Below, one piece after another: positions 37,010 to 48,312 of a DNA stretch of 64,000 nucleotides (its first letter is position 1; every line of letters starts with the position of its first letter). The stretch is from Syntrophales bacterium (GTDB lineage: Bacteria; Desulfobacterota; Syntrophia; Syntrophales; UBA2210), in the NCBI GenBank assembly GCA_963666365.2, contig CAXXNF010000002.1:2048001-2112000 (forward strand), read 5' to 3'. Below the pieces are notes generated by a model that was not told where the DNA came from, made no database searches, and saw only the letters and a list, made by a program, of their open reading frames with translations. Made by a program: the position numbers and the translations under genes.

Positions 37010-37837
37010 ATGAAAGCAACAGCAAAAGTATTGTTAACCGGTTTCGTCCTTTTACTGGTCTGCGCCTTCGGCACGACCGTCATGGCCGAAACCAAAACCA
37101 TCGTCATCAAGGGATCGACCACGGTGCTCCCTGTCGCACAGGCAGCGGCGGAGGCATACATGGCGGAGCACAGGGATGTGAACGTTTCCATCTCCGGCGG
37201 CGGCTCCGGCAACGGCATCAAGGCGCTTATCGATAAATCGACGGATATCGCCAATTCATCCCGCTTCATTAAGGACAAAGAAGTCAAGATGGCCGTTGAA
37301 AAGGGCGCCTACCCGGTCCCGCATCGTGTCGCCATCGATGCCATCGTACCGATCGTCCATCCTGAAAATCCCGTAAAAGATCTCACTATCGAACAGCTCA
37401 GCCTTATCTACCAGGGGAAAATAACCAACTGGAAGGAAGTGGGCGGTAATGACAAGAAGATCGTGGTCGTTTCCCGCGATACCAGCTCGGGCACCTATGA
37501 GGTCTGGGAGGAACTGGTCCTTCACAAAGCAAAAGTAACACCGAAGGCTCAGCTTCAGGCATCGAACGGCGCCGTTCATCAGGCGGTTTCAAAAAATTCT
37601 TATGCCATCGGATACATCGGTTTCGGCTATCTGAATAGCGAAGTCAAAGCGGTAAATGTCAACGGAATAATTCCTTCAATGGAGACCGCGCTTTCCGGCG
37701 ACTATGCTGTTGCCCGACCGCTGTTTATGTTCACCGCGGGCTGGCCTTCCGGCGCCACCATGGACTTCATCAACTTCCTTTTGAGCCCTAAGGGACAGGA
37801 AGTGGTAAAAAAAGAGGGGTTCATTCCGCTGTACTAG
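37010..37837 (+). CDS. pstS: Phosphate ABC substrate-binding protein
   Basis: GSTTV, GGGSGNG, SSR, RDTSSGT, IGY, RPL. Confidence 0.95.
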   Translation: MKATAKVLLTGFVLLLVCAFGTTVMAETKTIVIKGSTTVLPVAQAAAEAYMAEHRDVNVSISGGGSGNGIKALIDKSTDIANSSRFIKDKEVKMAVEKGAYPVPHRVAIDAIVPIVHPENPVKDLTIEQLSLIYQGKITNWKEVGGNDKKIVVVSRDTSSGTYEVWEELVLHKAKVTPKAQLQASNGAVHQAVSKNSYAIGYIGFGYLNSEVKAVNVNGIIPSMETALSGDYAVARPLFMFTAGWPSGATMDFINFLLSPKGQEVVKKEGFIPLY

Positions 37838-37944
37838 AAGCATTGGCATGGGTTCCAAAAAAACCCTTTTTCATTATTTCATAATCAGCCGGGAAGCGGG
37901 ATCAAACCGCTTTCCGGTGGAGTAACTTGTATTCGAATACTGCC

Positions 37945-38832
37945 ATGTCGCGTGCACTCAAAGAAAATATTATAAAAAATGTCCTTTTTCTTTTTGCCCT
38001 GGTTTCAATCGTCGTACTTGCTCTTATCATCATTTTTCTCTTCATGGAAGGGGTCCCCATTTTCGGAGTTGTGTCGTTAAAAGGTTTTCTCTTCGGCATC
38101 GAATGGTATCCTACCTACGACCCCCCCGAATTCGGCATATGGCCGCTTATCGTAGGTTCCATAATCGTTACCCTCTTTTCGGCCCTGATTGCAGTGCCGC
38201 TGGGAGTGCTCTCCGCCATCTATATCGCCGAACTGGCTCCGCCTCTTGTGAAAGAAATCTTCAAGCCGGTCATCGAGCTGCTTGCCGGCCTTCCTTCGGT
38301 GGTGCTCGGTTTTTTCGGCATGGCCATCCTGGCCCCCTGGCTTCAGCAGACATTCGACCTTCCCACGGGGCTCAATATTCTCAACGCCTCGTTAATTCTG
38401 GCATTGATGGCAGTCCCCACCATTTCAAGCATCGCGGAAGACGCGCTCTATTCAGTGCCGCAGGAATTCAAGGAGGCCTCCTACGCCCTGGGGGCCACCC
38501 CCTTTGAAACAATCACCAGGGTAGTGGTACCGGCGGCATTGTCGGGCATCTCCACCGCGGTGATTCTCGGGATGGCCCGGGCCATCGGAGAGACAATGGT
38601 GGTCCTGATGGTAGCGGGGGGGGCAGCGGCGATCCCGGAAAGCATATTCGATTCCGTGCGGCCTATGCCGGCAAGCATCGCCGCGGAAATGGGCGAGGCG
38701 CCCTTCCGAAGCGATCACTACCACGCCCTGTTCGCGACGGGAATCGTGCTTTTTTTCATGACCCTGGGCTTTAACCTGGTTGCAGATTACATATCCCATA
38801 AATTCAAAGAGGTAGGTTCCGCAACGCTATGA
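37945..38832 (+). CDS. pstC: Phosphate ABC permease
   Basis: ELLAGLPSVV.G, EASYALGAT, RAIGETM. Confidence 0.95.
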   Translation: MSRALKENIIKNVLFLFALVSIVVLALIIIFLFMEGVPIFGVVSLKGFLFGIEWYPTYDPPEFGIWPLIVGSIIVTLFSALIAVPLGVLSAIYIAELAPPLVKEIFKPVIELLAGLPSVVLGFFGMAILAPWLQQTFDLPTGLNILNASLILALMAVPTISSIAEDALYSVPQEFKEASYALGATPFETITRVVVPAALSGISTAVILGMARAIGETMVVLMVAGGAAAIPESIFDSVRPMPASIAAEMGEAPFRSDHYHALFATGIVLFFMTLGFNLVADYISHKFKEVGSATL

Positions 38833-39683
38833 AATGGCGATATTTCAGACAAACGCTTTTTTTTATCATTGTACGCACATCGGCCTTTTTGATTGCATTA
38901 TCGATCGGCACCTTCCTCGTCTACATTGTTGTAAAGGGAATCGGGGCCGTCAGCTGGGAATTCCTGACGGAAAAACCCCACGATTCCATGACGAAGGGGG
39001 GAATCATGCCGGCCATTCTCGGCACGTTTTATCTGACAGCGGGCGCGATTCTGATATCTCTTCCCCTGGGTGTTATTTCGGCAATTTATCTTACCGAATA
39101 CGCAAAGCAGGGCCCAATGGTAAGAATCATTCGCATCGGCATACACTGCCTTGCAGGCGTTCCTTCCATTGTATTCGGTCTTTTCGGTCTCGGTCTTTTC
39201 GTGGTCTTTCTGAAATTCGGGTCATGTATTCTATCAGGAGCACTGACACTGGGTTTTCTGATCCTGCCGACCATCATCGGGGCCTCGGAGGAGGCGCTGA
39301 AGTCGGTGCCGCAAACATTTCGGGAAGCGTCGCTGGGTCTGGGCGCATCGAAATGGCAGACGACACTGCGGATTGTCCTTCCCAACGCACTGCCGGGCAT
39401 TATGACCGGTTCGATTCTGGGAATCGGCAGAGCCGCCGGAGAAACTGCGGCGATCATGTTCACGGCGGCGGCCTTTTTCACGGCAAAGCTCCCTTCGTCA
39501 ATATTTGACGAGGTAATGGCCCTTCCTTATCATATTTACGTACTGGCCACAGCGGGAACCCACATCGAAGAAACGAGACCCCTTCAATTTGGCACGATCC
39601 TCGTATTAGTGGCGCTCGTGCTGGGGGTTGATTTAATCGCCATAATTATGAGAAGTTACATGAGAAAGAAAAAACGGTGGTAA
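38829..39683 (+). CDS. pstA: Phosphate ABC permease
   Basis: [33 protein letters not shown]. Confidence 0.95.
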   Translation: MKWRYFRQTLFFIIVRTSAFLIALSIGTFLVYIVVKGIGAVSWEFLTEKPHDSMTKGGIMPAILGTFYLTAGAILISLPLGVISAIYLTEYAKQGPMVRIIRIGIHCLAGVPSIVFGLFGLGLFVVFLKFGSCILSGALTLGFLILPTIIGASEEALKSVPQTFREASLGLGASKWQTTLRIVLPNALPGIMTGSILGIGRAAGETAAIMFTAAAFFTAKLPSSIFDEVMALPYHIYVLATAGTHIEETRPLQFGTILVLVALVLGVDLIAIIMRSYMRKKKRW

Positions 39684-39685
39684 TC

Positions 39686-40453
39686 ATGACTGCGCTCAAC
39701 GACATTATCATTGCGGCAAAAAACGTAAATTTTTATTACGGGAGCTTCAAAGCCCTGGTTGACGTCACCATGGATTTTGAGAAACACAAGGTGACCGCCC
39801 TCATCGGCCCTTCCGGATGCGGCAAGTCGACACTCTTGCGCTTGATCAATCGAATGAACGACCTCATCGACGGCACCCGTGTCGAGGGAGAGGTGATATT
39901 CGAGGGTGCAAATATTTACGCGCCCAATGTCGATCCCGTCGATGTCAGAAGAAGAATCGGCATGGTCTTTCAGAAGCCGAACCCATTCCCAAAATCGATA
40001 TTGAACAATATCACTTACGGGCCGAAACTGAATGGCATTTCAAAAAAATCAGATCTTGAAGCGCTGGTGGAAAAAAGCCTGGTGCAGGCGTCTCTCTGGA
40101 ATGAAGTAAAAGACATTCTGCATCAATCGGCCATGATGCTGTCGGGCGGCCAGCAGCAGCGTCTCTGCATCGCCCGGGCACTGGCCATGAAGCCGGATGT
40201 GCTTCTGATGGACGAGCCCACCTCGGCCCTCGATCCGATTTCAACTGCCAAAATCGAAGAACTGATAGAAGAACTGAAAAAAAACTACACCATCATCATC
40301 GTCACCCATAACATGCAACAGGCAGCGCGCATTTCAGATTACACGGGGTTCTTCTATCTGGGAAAGCTCATCGAATTCAATCAGACGGATCGACTTTTCA
40401 CTACACCCGATGTCAAGCAAACGGAAGATTATATTACCGGACGGTTCGGTTAA
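39686..40453 (+). CDS. pstB: Phosphate ABC ATPase
   Basis: [35 protein letters not shown]. Confidence 0.96.
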   Translation: MTALNDIIIAAKNVNFYYGSFKALVDVTMDFEKHKVTALIGPSGCGKSTLLRLINRMNDLIDGTRVEGEVIFEGANIYAPNVDPVDVRRRIGMVFQKPNPFPKSILNNITYGPKLNGISKKSDLEALVEKSLVQASLWNEVKDILHQSAMMLSGGQQQRLCIARALAMKPDVLLMDEPTSALDPISTAKIEELIEELKKNYTIIIVTHNMQQAARISDYTGFFYLGKLIEFNQTDRLFTTPDVKQTEDYITGRFG

Positions 40454-40467
40454 GAAGGGGGGAATCA

Positions 40468-41154
40468 ATGGAAACAAAAATTCATACCAGCTCGCAATAT
40501 GAAAAGGAACTAAAAGAAGTTAAGGAAAATCTCGTCTATATGGGCGCCCTTGCAGAAAAGGCCATTCGTGAAGCCACACGATCGCTTGTGGAACGAGACT
40601 CGGATCTCGCGAGGGAAGTAATTGGCGCGGACAGGGAAATCGACGATATCGACGAGGAAATCGAGGAAAAGTGCATACGGCTTCTGGCACTTCGGCAACC
40701 CACGGCCAGGGATCTACGGTTCATTACCGCCGCCATAAAAATAAACGGCCACCTGGAGCGCATCGGCGACATGGCGGCAAAAATATCCGAAAAGGCACTT
40801 GCGCTCAACGAGGAGCCGCAGTTGAAACCGTACATCGACCTTCCCCGCATGGCCGAGATTGCCGAAGATATGATACGAAAAAGCCTTGACGCGCTTATCA
40901 ACGAAGACAGCGACCTGGCGCATCAGGTTCGCATTGAAGACGAAAAGGTGGATAATCTTAATGAACAGATATTCCGGGAACTGCTTACCTTTATGATGGA
41001 GGATCCCCGCACCACCCACCGGGCGATTTTGATCACACAGGTATCCAAGAGCCTTGAGCGGATCTCCGATCATGCCAGAAGCATCGCCGACACGGTCATA
41101 TACATGATCACGGGAAAAAATGTACGGCATACCGACTCAGACCGGGCGATTTAA
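40468..41154 (+). CDS. phoU: Phosphate signalling protein PhoU
   Basis: QP.A.DLR, LERIGD, LERISDHA. Confidence 0.95.
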   Translation: METKIHTSSQYEKELKEVKENLVYMGALAEKAIREATRSLVERDSDLAREVIGADREIDDIDEEIEEKCIRLLALRQPTARDLRFITAAIKINGHLERIGDMAAKISEKALALNEEPQLKPYIDLPRMAEIAEDMIRKSLDALINEDSDLAHQVRIEDEKVDNLNEQIFRELLTFMMEDPRTTHRAILITQVSKSLERISDHARSIADTVIYMITGKNVRHTDSDRAI

Positions 41155-41200
41155 GGACAGAGAATATGACCATATCGTCCCTTCGTCGAGGTATACACAC

Positions 41201-42955
41201 ATGAAAATCAATCTTTTTTATAAACTGTTCGTCACCTATGTGGTGATTGCGCTCGTCGCCGTCATTATCATTAATCTTCAAATGGGAACACATATAAAAG
41301 CCACGATTCAAGAACGCATCGAACAGAATCTGTTGACCAACTCCCACCTTATCACTCTCACATCCTCTCTTGCGGATTTGGAGAAAACCGTCGATCGCAT
41401 AGCCGCCATCGCCGATGCACGGGCAACCCTGATCACTGCAGACGGCCGGGTTGTCTACGATTCGGAAACAACCACGGTTGAAATGGATAATCACCTGAAT
41501 CGAACGGAAATTCAGGAGGCCCGGGTCAGGGGGAAGGGAAGTGCAATCCGCTTCAGCCAGACATTACGAATCGATACCCTTTATGTAGCCATGCCGATCT
41601 TACAGGGGAACACAATCGAAGGCTACATTCGTCTGGCCCGCCCCCTCACTGAAGTAAAACAATCGATACATGAGCTCAATATTGTGCTGCTGCAGTCCTT
41701 TCTCTTTGTCGGCGCCCTCTCTTTTTTGATCGCCTTCATTTTCTCGGCCCGGTTCGTGTCGCCGATTCAGGAGATGGAACAATTTACCACACGACTGCGC
41801 GAGGGCGAGATGCCCGGAACGCTGCTTATCAACTCCGCCGATGAACGGGGAAGACTTGCCAGGAACATCAATCACCTGGTGACAGAACTAAAAGAAAAAA
41901 TAGGCCAGGCTCAGGAAGAAAAGGGGAAGCTTGAGGCGGCCTTTGCCAGCATGACCGACGGAGTGCTTGTCCTCAACAATGCCGGCGCCATCGAGAGCGC
42001 CAATGCCTCTTTTACCCGCATGTTCTCTCTAAATTACGGCGATATTGTGGGCAAAACCCCCCTTGACGCCTTCAGAAACATTGATCTTCAGAAAGCGCTC
42101 GATCGTTTCAGGGAAAACGGGGTTCCCCTTTCGCAGGAAATTTCACTCGAAGAAGGCGACATAGGTGCAGTGGATGTCACCATTTCTCCCATCAGAGGAC
42201 TTCCCAGAAATGACGAAAAGACGATGCTTGTGTTTCATGATGTAACGCGCCTTAAAAAACTGGAAAAAATGCGGGGCGATTTTGTGGCAAATGTCACTCA
42301 CGAAATAAAAACCCCCCTTACAGCCATATTGGGGTTTATCGAAACCTTGAAGGATGGGGCAATTGAAGAAAAGGAGGTCGCGCATCAGTTCTTACAAATA
42401 ATTCATACCCATGCACAACGTCTCAATCGCCTGGTGGATGATCTGTTAACTATCTCCAACATGGAATTGGGAGAAACGGAACTGTCTTTTGAAGATCTTT
42501 CCCTCATCTCGGTGATTGAGAGCATCCTTCCCATTATAGAACAGCAGGCAACAAAAAAAGACATCGTGGTGAAAAAAGAGCTGCCTGATCAACTGCCGCT
42601 TATAAAGGGCGACAGGGACAAGGTCATGCAGATTCTTCTCAATGTGCTTGACAATGCCGTCAAGTTCACCGATAGGGAAGGAACGGTATCCATAACCGCC
42701 CACGATAACGAGGATGGGAGAGTGGCGGTCCGCATCAGCGACACGGGCATAGGCATTCCAAAGGCCGAGATACCGCGTCTGGGAGAGCGCTTCTACCGGG
42801 TCGACAAAACGAGATCGCGCGAAATGGGAGGCACGGGGCTCGGACTTTCCATCGTGAAGCATCTTCTGATAGCCCATGGCGGTTCGATGAGCATAGACAG
42901 CAGGCCGGGCAGAGGCACATCGGTCAGCATTTTTTTCCCTTTTCGCGTAATATGA
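41201..42955 (+). CDS. phoR: Sensor histidine kinase (HAMP, PAS, HisKA, HATPase)
   Basis: FVANVTHEIKTPLT, ERFYRVDK.RSR..GGTGLGLSIVKH. Start moved to ATG 41201. Confidence 0.92.
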   Translation: MKINLFYKLFVTYVVIALVAVIIINLQMGTHIKATIQERIEQNLLTNSHLITLTSSLADLEKTVDRIAAIADARATLITADGRVVYDSETTTVEMDNHLNRTEIQEARVRGKGSAIRFSQTLRIDTLYVAMPILQGNTIEGYIRLARPLTEVKQSIHELNIVLLQSFLFVGALSFLIAFIFSARFVSPIQEMEQFTTRLREGEMPGTLLINSADERGRLARNINHLVTELKEKIGQAQEEKGKLEAAFASMTDGVLVLNNAGAIESANASFTRMFSLNYGDIVGKTPLDAFRNIDLQKALDRFRENGVPLSQEISLEEGDIGAVDVTISPIRGLPRNDEKTMLVFHDVTRLKKLEKMRGDFVANVTHEIKTPLTAILGFIETLKDGAIEEKEVAHQFLQIIHTHAQRLNRLVDDLLTISNMELGETELSFEDLSLISVIESILPIIEQQATKKDIVVKKELPDQLPLIKGDRDKVMQILLNVLDNAVKFTDREGTVSITAHDNEDGRVAVRISDTGIGIPKAEIPRLGERFYRVDKTRSREMGGTGLGLSIVKHLLIAHGGSMSIDSRPGRGTSVSIFFPFRVI

Positions 42956-43032
42956 ACTAACGTACAATTCCCTCTCCCGTGATAAAAGAGGGTCACTGGA
43001 GTGAGGCAAAAGACAAAAAGAGCTGCATTCAC

Positions 43033-43734
43033 ATGTCCTCTAAAATACTTGTCGTCGACGATGAAAAGGATATAGTAGAACTCATTTCCTATAATCTGGG
43101 AAAAGAGGGGTTTGCCGTACTAAAGGCCTATAACGGCGAGGACGCGCTGAAGGTCGTAAAAGAGGATCGTCCCGATTTGATGATTCTCGACCTCATGCTT
43201 CCGGGAATGCAGGGATTGGAAGTGACCAAGCGCCTTCGAAACAACCCCGAAACCGCACGCCTTCCTATCCTTATGTTGACGGCAAAAAGCGGGGAGGTCG
43301 ACACGATTCTTGGATTGGAAATGGGCGCCGACGATTATGTGACGAAGCCTTTTCGCGTGCGTGAGTTGATGGCGCGCATCCGGGCCATTTTGCGACGGAC
43401 GGCAATAAAAGAAAAGGAATCCGAAAAGGAGACCTTCTCCTTCAAGGATCTTTTTATCGACTTCACTTCCCACGTCATCACCCTCGGAGACATCCCCCTC
43501 GAACTGAGCCCGACTGAATTCAAGCTTTTGAGTTTTTTTGTCCGGCGTCCGGGGAGGGTGTATACACGCAACCAGATTCTCGATCATGTATGGGGCGATG
43601 ACGCCTTCGTCGAGCCGAGAACGGTTGATGTCCATATCAGGCGGCTCCGTTCCCGGATAGAAAAAGACATGGCGAATCCGCGCTACATCATAACGGTTAG
43701 AGGAATCGGGTATAAATTCTCCGACGTTCTGTAA
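43033..43734 (+). CDS. phoB: OmpR-family response regulator PhoB
   Basis: VVDDE, LDLMLP, GADDYVTKPF, RTVDVHIRRLR, TVRGIGY; pst context. Confidence 0.92.
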   Translation: MSSKILVVDDEKDIVELISYNLGKEGFAVLKAYNGEDALKVVKEDRPDLMILDLMLPGMQGLEVTKRLRNNPETARLPILMLTAKSGEVDTILGLEMGADDYVTKPFRVRELMARIRAILRRTAIKEKESEKETFSFKDLFIDFTSHVITLGDIPLELSPTEFKLLSFFVRRPGRVYTRNQILDHVWGDDAFVEPRTVDVHIRRLRSRIEKDMANPRYIITVRGIGYKFSDVL

Positions 43735-43869
43735 CACTTCCCTGAAATCAGAACCCCATCAAATATACACCGCCGTGCTTTCCATACAGACAAGCCAATG
43801 GGGAACCACAGCACTACCATCTTCTTCTACATGCAGCGAAACTATGATCAGTCGTAGTCACGACTTCGA

Positions 43870-44592
43870 TTAAAACAACCAGATGTGATCCAGTTCTTCT
43901 TCATGGCGGCCTTCGGTTTTCCGTTCGCGGATCACCTTGGCGGGCGCACCGGCCACTACCGTGTGCGGCGGCACGTCGGCCGTCACCGTGGCGCCCGATG
44001 CCACAATCGACTCCTTGCCCACGGTCACCCCCGGAAGAATCGTTGCTCCCGCAAATATTTTGGCATAGTCCTCAATCACCACCGGCTTATATTCGCGGAT
44101 CATATGCGATGCCTCTGAATGACTGTGGGTGAATATGCGTGCATCCTCGGCAAGAGCGACAGAGTTGCCGATCACTATGCCCCCCTTGCTGTCAAGAAAG
44201 ACGCCGCGATTAAAAAATACATGATCGCCCAGCTCGATACACTGGCCGAAATTGAAGGTGACATGCTCCTCGACGATAAGCGCGGCGCCGCATCTCTTAA
44301 AGAGATGTTTCGCAATGAGCCGGCGAAAGGGAATTGAAAAGGACACGATAAGTCCCAGGGGAAGCCGGTCCAGATAATCCCACAGGAAATGCAGGTACCG
44401 CTGCTGAAGCGTAAAGGGCGTCTCATGCCCCTTGGGCAGCGCCTCGCTGTAAAGCCTGACATGCTCAAGGATCTCAAGGGAAAGCGGCGGCGCCTCCAGA
44501 ATGGAGAGCACTTCCGCTACGGCCTTGGCGCTCAGCCCCTCTTCTACCAGAGGTTCAATTGCCCCAAGCTTTTCTTCAAACACCTTTGCCAT
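43870..44592 (-). CDS. Hexapeptide-repeat (left-handed beta-helix) acyltransferase
   Basis: [31 protein letters not shown]. Confidence 0.85.
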   Translation of the reverse strand: MAKVFEEKLGAIEPLVEEGLSAKAVAEVLSILEAPPLSLEILEHVRLYSEALPKGHETPFTLQQRYLHFLWDYLDRLPLGLIVSFSIPFRRLIAKHLFKRCGAALIVEEHVTFNFGQCIELGDHVFFNRGVFLDSKGGIVIGNSVALAEDARIFTHSHSEASHMIREYKPVVIEDYAKIFAGATILPGVTVGKESIVASGATVTADVPPHTVVAGAPAKVIRERKTEGRHEEELDHIWLF

Positions 44593-44737
44593 CGATAGCG
44601 CCTCCTTGCACGTAAGGTGATGTTCTCACTGTCTCCTCGATATTCCTCCTCTGCCGGGAAAAAAGCGGTTACACTTGCATACACCAGGGATCGCACGAGG
44701 GCCAGCATAATCGGCGCTGCATGCCCTGAGTCCTTCG

Positions 44738-45649
44738 CTAGTTGATCAGTTTTTTTCCCTTCAGCCATGCCATGGCAGTTTCGCGCACAGGCCGGTGCGC
44801 CACGTCGACGGCGGCGTTGAGTTTCTGCATTTCTTCCGTGCTCAGTGTGTCGGCGATCGGTCTTAAAATGTGCCTGATTTCCGGATATGCGTCAAGAACA
44901 GCGCTGCGGACCACCGGTACGGGGTTATATACAGGAAAAAATGACTTATCGTCCACAAGATTTACAAAGCCGAAGGCGGCGACCCGGCCGTCGGTGGCAA
45001 ATCCCATGGCGGAATTCACCTGCCCGTCCTTCAATGCCTGATAGGTAAGTCCCAGAGACATTTTTTTGACCTGTGCAGGAGGAAGTCTGAATCCGTAGGT
45101 TTTCATCACCTGTTTAAATCCATCGGGACGCTCCCAGAATTCCGATTCAAGTGCAAATATCAGCTCGTCCGGATGGCTATTGACATACCGGGCAAGATCT
45201 GAGATTGACGTGATTTCCAGTGCATCCGCCTGGGTCTTCTTCATCATCACCGTATAGGTATTGTTAAATTGCACGGGATCAAGCCATATGAGTCCCTTGT
45301 CTTCGTCGGCTTGTTTGACCCATTGGTATACCCTTTCCGGGTCAGTCATGATTTCGATGTTTTTTTGCCTGTAGTAGACGGTATAGGCAGTGCCCGTATA
45401 TTCGAAATAGAGGTCTAACTGCCCGTGCTCAAGAGATTTTCTTGCAATCACGGACCCTACTCCTGTTTTCAGCGTCACCTCGAAACCGGCGCCCTCAAGA
45501 AGGATGCCGGCCAGTTCGGCAAGGAGATACTGTTCCGTAAAATTTTTGCCGCCCACTATGATCTCTTTCTCCCCTGCAGGAACAGACGTCGAAAAAAGGA
45601 AAGAAGCTCCCATAAGCAGGCACAGAAGGATTCCCGCATGTTGTTTCAT
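44738..45649 (-). CDS. Osmoprotectant (OpuC/OsmU-type) ABC substrate-binding protein
   Basis: GKNFTEQ, EYTGT, FNNTY, RPDG, TDG, DDK.FFP.Y. Confidence 0.92.
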   Translation of the reverse strand: MKQHAGILLCLLMGASFLFSTSVPAGEKEIIVGGKNFTEQYLLAELAGILLEGAGFEVTLKTGVGSVIARKSLEHGQLDLYFEYTGTAYTVYYRQKNIEIMTDPERVYQWVKQADEDKGLIWLDPVQFNNTYTVMMKKTQADALEITSISDLARYVNSHPDELIFALESEFWERPDGFKQVMKTYGFRLPPAQVKKMSLGLTYQALKDGQVNSAMGFATDGRVAAFGFVNLVDDKSFFPVYNPVPVVRSAVLDAYPEIRHILRPIADTLSTEEMQKLNAAVDVAHRPVRETAMAWLKGKKLIN

Positions 45650-45686
45650 TACAGTACCTGTATCTTTCTTGTACCTTCCTCATTGC

Positions 45687-46436
45687 TCACGCGCGCTCAC
45701 TCCTCCAATCGGGAAGACGCAGTCCCTTCGGAATAAGCACACATCCCAGAAGCTCACAGATAAAGTCGGCAATAAGGGCCATAAGCGTAACCGGAATCGC
45801 CCCGGCAAGAAGCTTTTCCGTCTGCATCAGGCTGATTCCCGTGAAGATCAGATCTCCCAACCCGCCGGCGCCGATGAGATAGGCAAGCGCCGCCGTGCCG
45901 ATATTCACAATGAGCGCAACCCTGAAGCCTGCAAGTATCACCTGCATGGCGTTGGGAAGCTCCACCTCAAAAAGAATACGAAACGGGGTCATCCCCATCC
46001 CTTTTCCTGCGTCGATCAATGAAGCCGGCACCGCGCTGATGCCGGCAAGGGTATTTCTCGCAATGGGAAGAATGGAGTAGATTGTCAGCGCAAATATCGC
46101 CGGTTTTGCACCGATGCCCACAACGCTCATCGCCAGTGCCAAAACGGCAAGCGAAGGAATGGTCTGTCCAAGTCCGACAATATACATGACGATGCCTGCA
46201 TATCTTCGAAAGCGCCGCCTGGTAAAAATGACGCCTGCGGCAATGCCGAGCACGGTTGCAAAGCCCATGCTGACCGCCACGAGGAAAAGGTGTTGCAGGC
46301 ACAGTGCAATAATCACCGGGTATTCATAGGGATCGGTCATGTAGGCAATAAGCCCTGTTCGCTCGGCCGTGACACCGGCGACAACCAGTATCGCAATAAG
46401 TACAAAGCGGTATGTCTTCCCCAGCACTTCTTTCAT
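45687..46436 (-). CDS. Osmoprotectant ABC permease
   Basis: QTIPSLA, RNT, GMGM, VELP, GAGGLG. Confidence 0.92.
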   Translation of the reverse strand: MKEVLGKTYRFVLIAILVVAGVTAERTGLIAYMTDPYEYPVIIALCLQHLFLVAVSMGFATVLGIAAGVIFTRRRFRRYAGIVMYIVGLGQTIPSLAVLALAMSVVGIGAKPAIFALTIYSILPIARNTLAGISAVPASLIDAGKGMGMTPFRILFEVELPNAMQVILAGFRVALIVNIGTAALAYLIGAGGLGDLIFTGISLMQTEKLLAGAIPVTLMALIADFICELLGCVLIPKGLRLPDWRSERA

Positions 46437-47101
46437 CGCATCAGCTTTCTCTGCGCCTTTATTCCTTCCGGGGTAACCAGCCGTTCCAGCAGCGCCATAA
46501 GTCCGTCCACAATTACCGCCAGAAGCGACACGAGAATGGCGCCGCTCAGAATCATCTCTGGATAGACGCGATCGATTCCCTGCTGAATATACACACCCAA
46601 CCCGCCCGCACCAATATAAACGGCAATGGCGGCGATCCCGATATTCATTACGGCAGCCGTTCTCACTCCGGCAACGATGACCGGCATTGCCAGGGGAATT
46701 TCAACCTCCTTCAGCCGCTGCCATGCGGTCATACCCATACCTCTGGCCGCATCAACAAGCGCAGGGGGTACATTTTTGACAGCCGTATAGGTGTTGCGGA
46801 TTATGGGAAGCTGGCTGTAGAGCACCAGGGCGATAATGGCGGGAACCTTTCCCAGTCCCAGATTCACTATGGAAAGCAGGGGGAGCATCATGCCGAAGAG
46901 TGCAATGGACGGAATGGTCATCAGGATGCTGGCCCCATTGAGGACCCGGCCAGCAATCGCCTCGTGTCCCGTGATAAACAGGCCAAGGGGAACGCCGATG
47001 ACAATGGCGATACAAAGCGCCACGCCCACGATCCATAGATGCTCCAAGGAGAGAAACATCACCTGCGAAAGGTTATCCACAATGAATTGCAGCACACCCA
47101 T
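46433..47101 (-). CDS. Osmoprotectant ABC permease
   Basis: TIPSIA, RNT, AARGMGM, VEIPLA, GAGGLG. Confidence 0.92.
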   Translation of the reverse strand: MGVLQFIVDNLSQVMFLSLEHLWIVGVALCIAIVIGVPLGLFITGHEAIAGRVLNGASILMTIPSIALFGMMLPLLSIVNLGLGKVPAIIALVLYSQLPIIRNTYTAVKNVPPALVDAARGMGMTAWQRLKEVEIPLAMPVIVAGVRTAAVMNIGIAAIAVYIGAGGLGVYIQQGIDRVYPEMILSGAILVSLLAVIVDGLMALLERLVTPEGIKAQRKLMR

Positions 47102-47107
47102 GGACAG

Positions 47108-48250
47108 CTACCTCTCTATGGAAATCGATTCTGTACCTTCGGCATAACTTTCCGTAACGACCTTCTGAATATCGGTATAGGCGACAGTCCCGGCGAAGCC
47201 CCCGCTGTCATCAACCACACAGAACGTAGCCAGACCGTGCATGAGCATAAAGGAAAGCACGTCACGAAGGGAGGTGCGCTCCTTGAGAAAGAGCGGATAG
47301 GGTTCCGCCGCATTCCCGACAATGCCCTCTTCGTATTTAAGGATTTTCGGGGTGACATATCCTATCGGCTTACCGCCATCAATGACAATACCGGAACGGA
47401 ACCCCTTTTCACCAAGAAACTTCAACGCATTTTCAGTGGAATTTTTCGCACTGACGATATTTTTTGGATTGCGGTTCACGACATCCGACACCCGCATGAG
47501 TCCCAGTACCTTCAAGGCGCGATCGGCACCGACAAAATCCGCCACAAATTTATTTTTCGGTTGCGTGAGGATGATTTCAGGCACATCGTACTGTATCAGC
47601 TTCCCCTTGTCGAAAAGGGCAATGCGATCGCCCATCTTTATCGCTTCATGAATATCATGCGACACAAAGGCGATGGTCTTGTGCAATCGTGACTGCAGTC
47701 TCAGAAGCTCATTCTGCAACTGCTCTCTGTTTATGGGATCGATGGCACCGAAGGGTTCGTCCATAAGGAGTATATCGGGATCGGCAGCCAACCCGCGGGC
47801 CACTCCTACCCGTTGCTGCTGTCCTCCGGAGAGTTCCGCCGGGTAGCGGGTGCGATACAGATCCGGTTCCAGATTGATCATTTCCAGCAGTTCGTCGACC
47901 CGACGGCGGATGCGTTCCTTTTCCCATCCCAAGAGACGGGGGACCACGGCGATATTTTCCGCAATCGTTTTATTCGGGAAAAGACCGATGGCCTGAATGA
48001 CATAGCCCAGCCGTTGCCTCAATTCCACGGAATCGGAATCCATGATGTTGCGGCTCTCTATGTAAATATTACCGCGGGTAATGGGTTCCAGTCTGTTGGT
48101 AAGGCGCAGCATCGTCGTCTTTCCGCACCCGGACGGCCCCAGAAGCACTGCAATCTGACCTTTCGGGATAGTGAAACTTATGTCATCAAGGGCCGTTACC
48201 GCATCCCTGCCACTTCCGAATATCTTAGTAACCGATTCATAAGTGATCAT
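47108..48250 (-). CDS. Osmoprotectant ABC ATPase with CBS pair
   Basis: [26 protein letters not shown]. True start is ATG 48250; the ORF-track extension overlaps the MFS gene. Confidence 0.92.
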   Translation of the reverse strand: MITYESVTKIFGSGRDAVTALDDISFTIPKGQIAVLLGPSGCGKTTMLRLTNRLEPITRGNIYIESRNIMDSDSVELRQRLGYVIQAIGLFPNKTIAENIAVVPRLLGWEKERIRRRVDELLEMINLEPDLYRTRYPAELSGGQQQRVGVARGLAADPDILLMDEPFGAIDPINREQLQNELLRLQSRLHKTIAFVSHDIHEAIKMGDRIALFDKGKLIQYDVPEIILTQPKNKFVADFVGADRALKVLGLMRVSDVVNRNPKNIVSAKNSTENALKFLGEKGFRSGIVIDGGKPIGYVTPKILKYEEGIVGNAAEPYPLFLKERTSLRDVLSFMLMHGLATFCVVDDSGGFAGTVAYTDIQKVVTESYAEGTESISIER

Positions 48251-48272
48251 GGAAGGCCCCACTGTCTTGAGG

Positions 48273-48308
48273 AGGGACACTTCCCCTGAAAAAAGGGGAA
48301 GTGTCCCT
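48273..48308. repeat. Second copy of the AGGGACACTTCCC inverted repeat
   Basis: AGGGACACTTCCCCT-gaaaaa-AGGGGAAGTGTCCCT. Confidence 0.8.
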
Positions 48309-48312
48309 TGTT

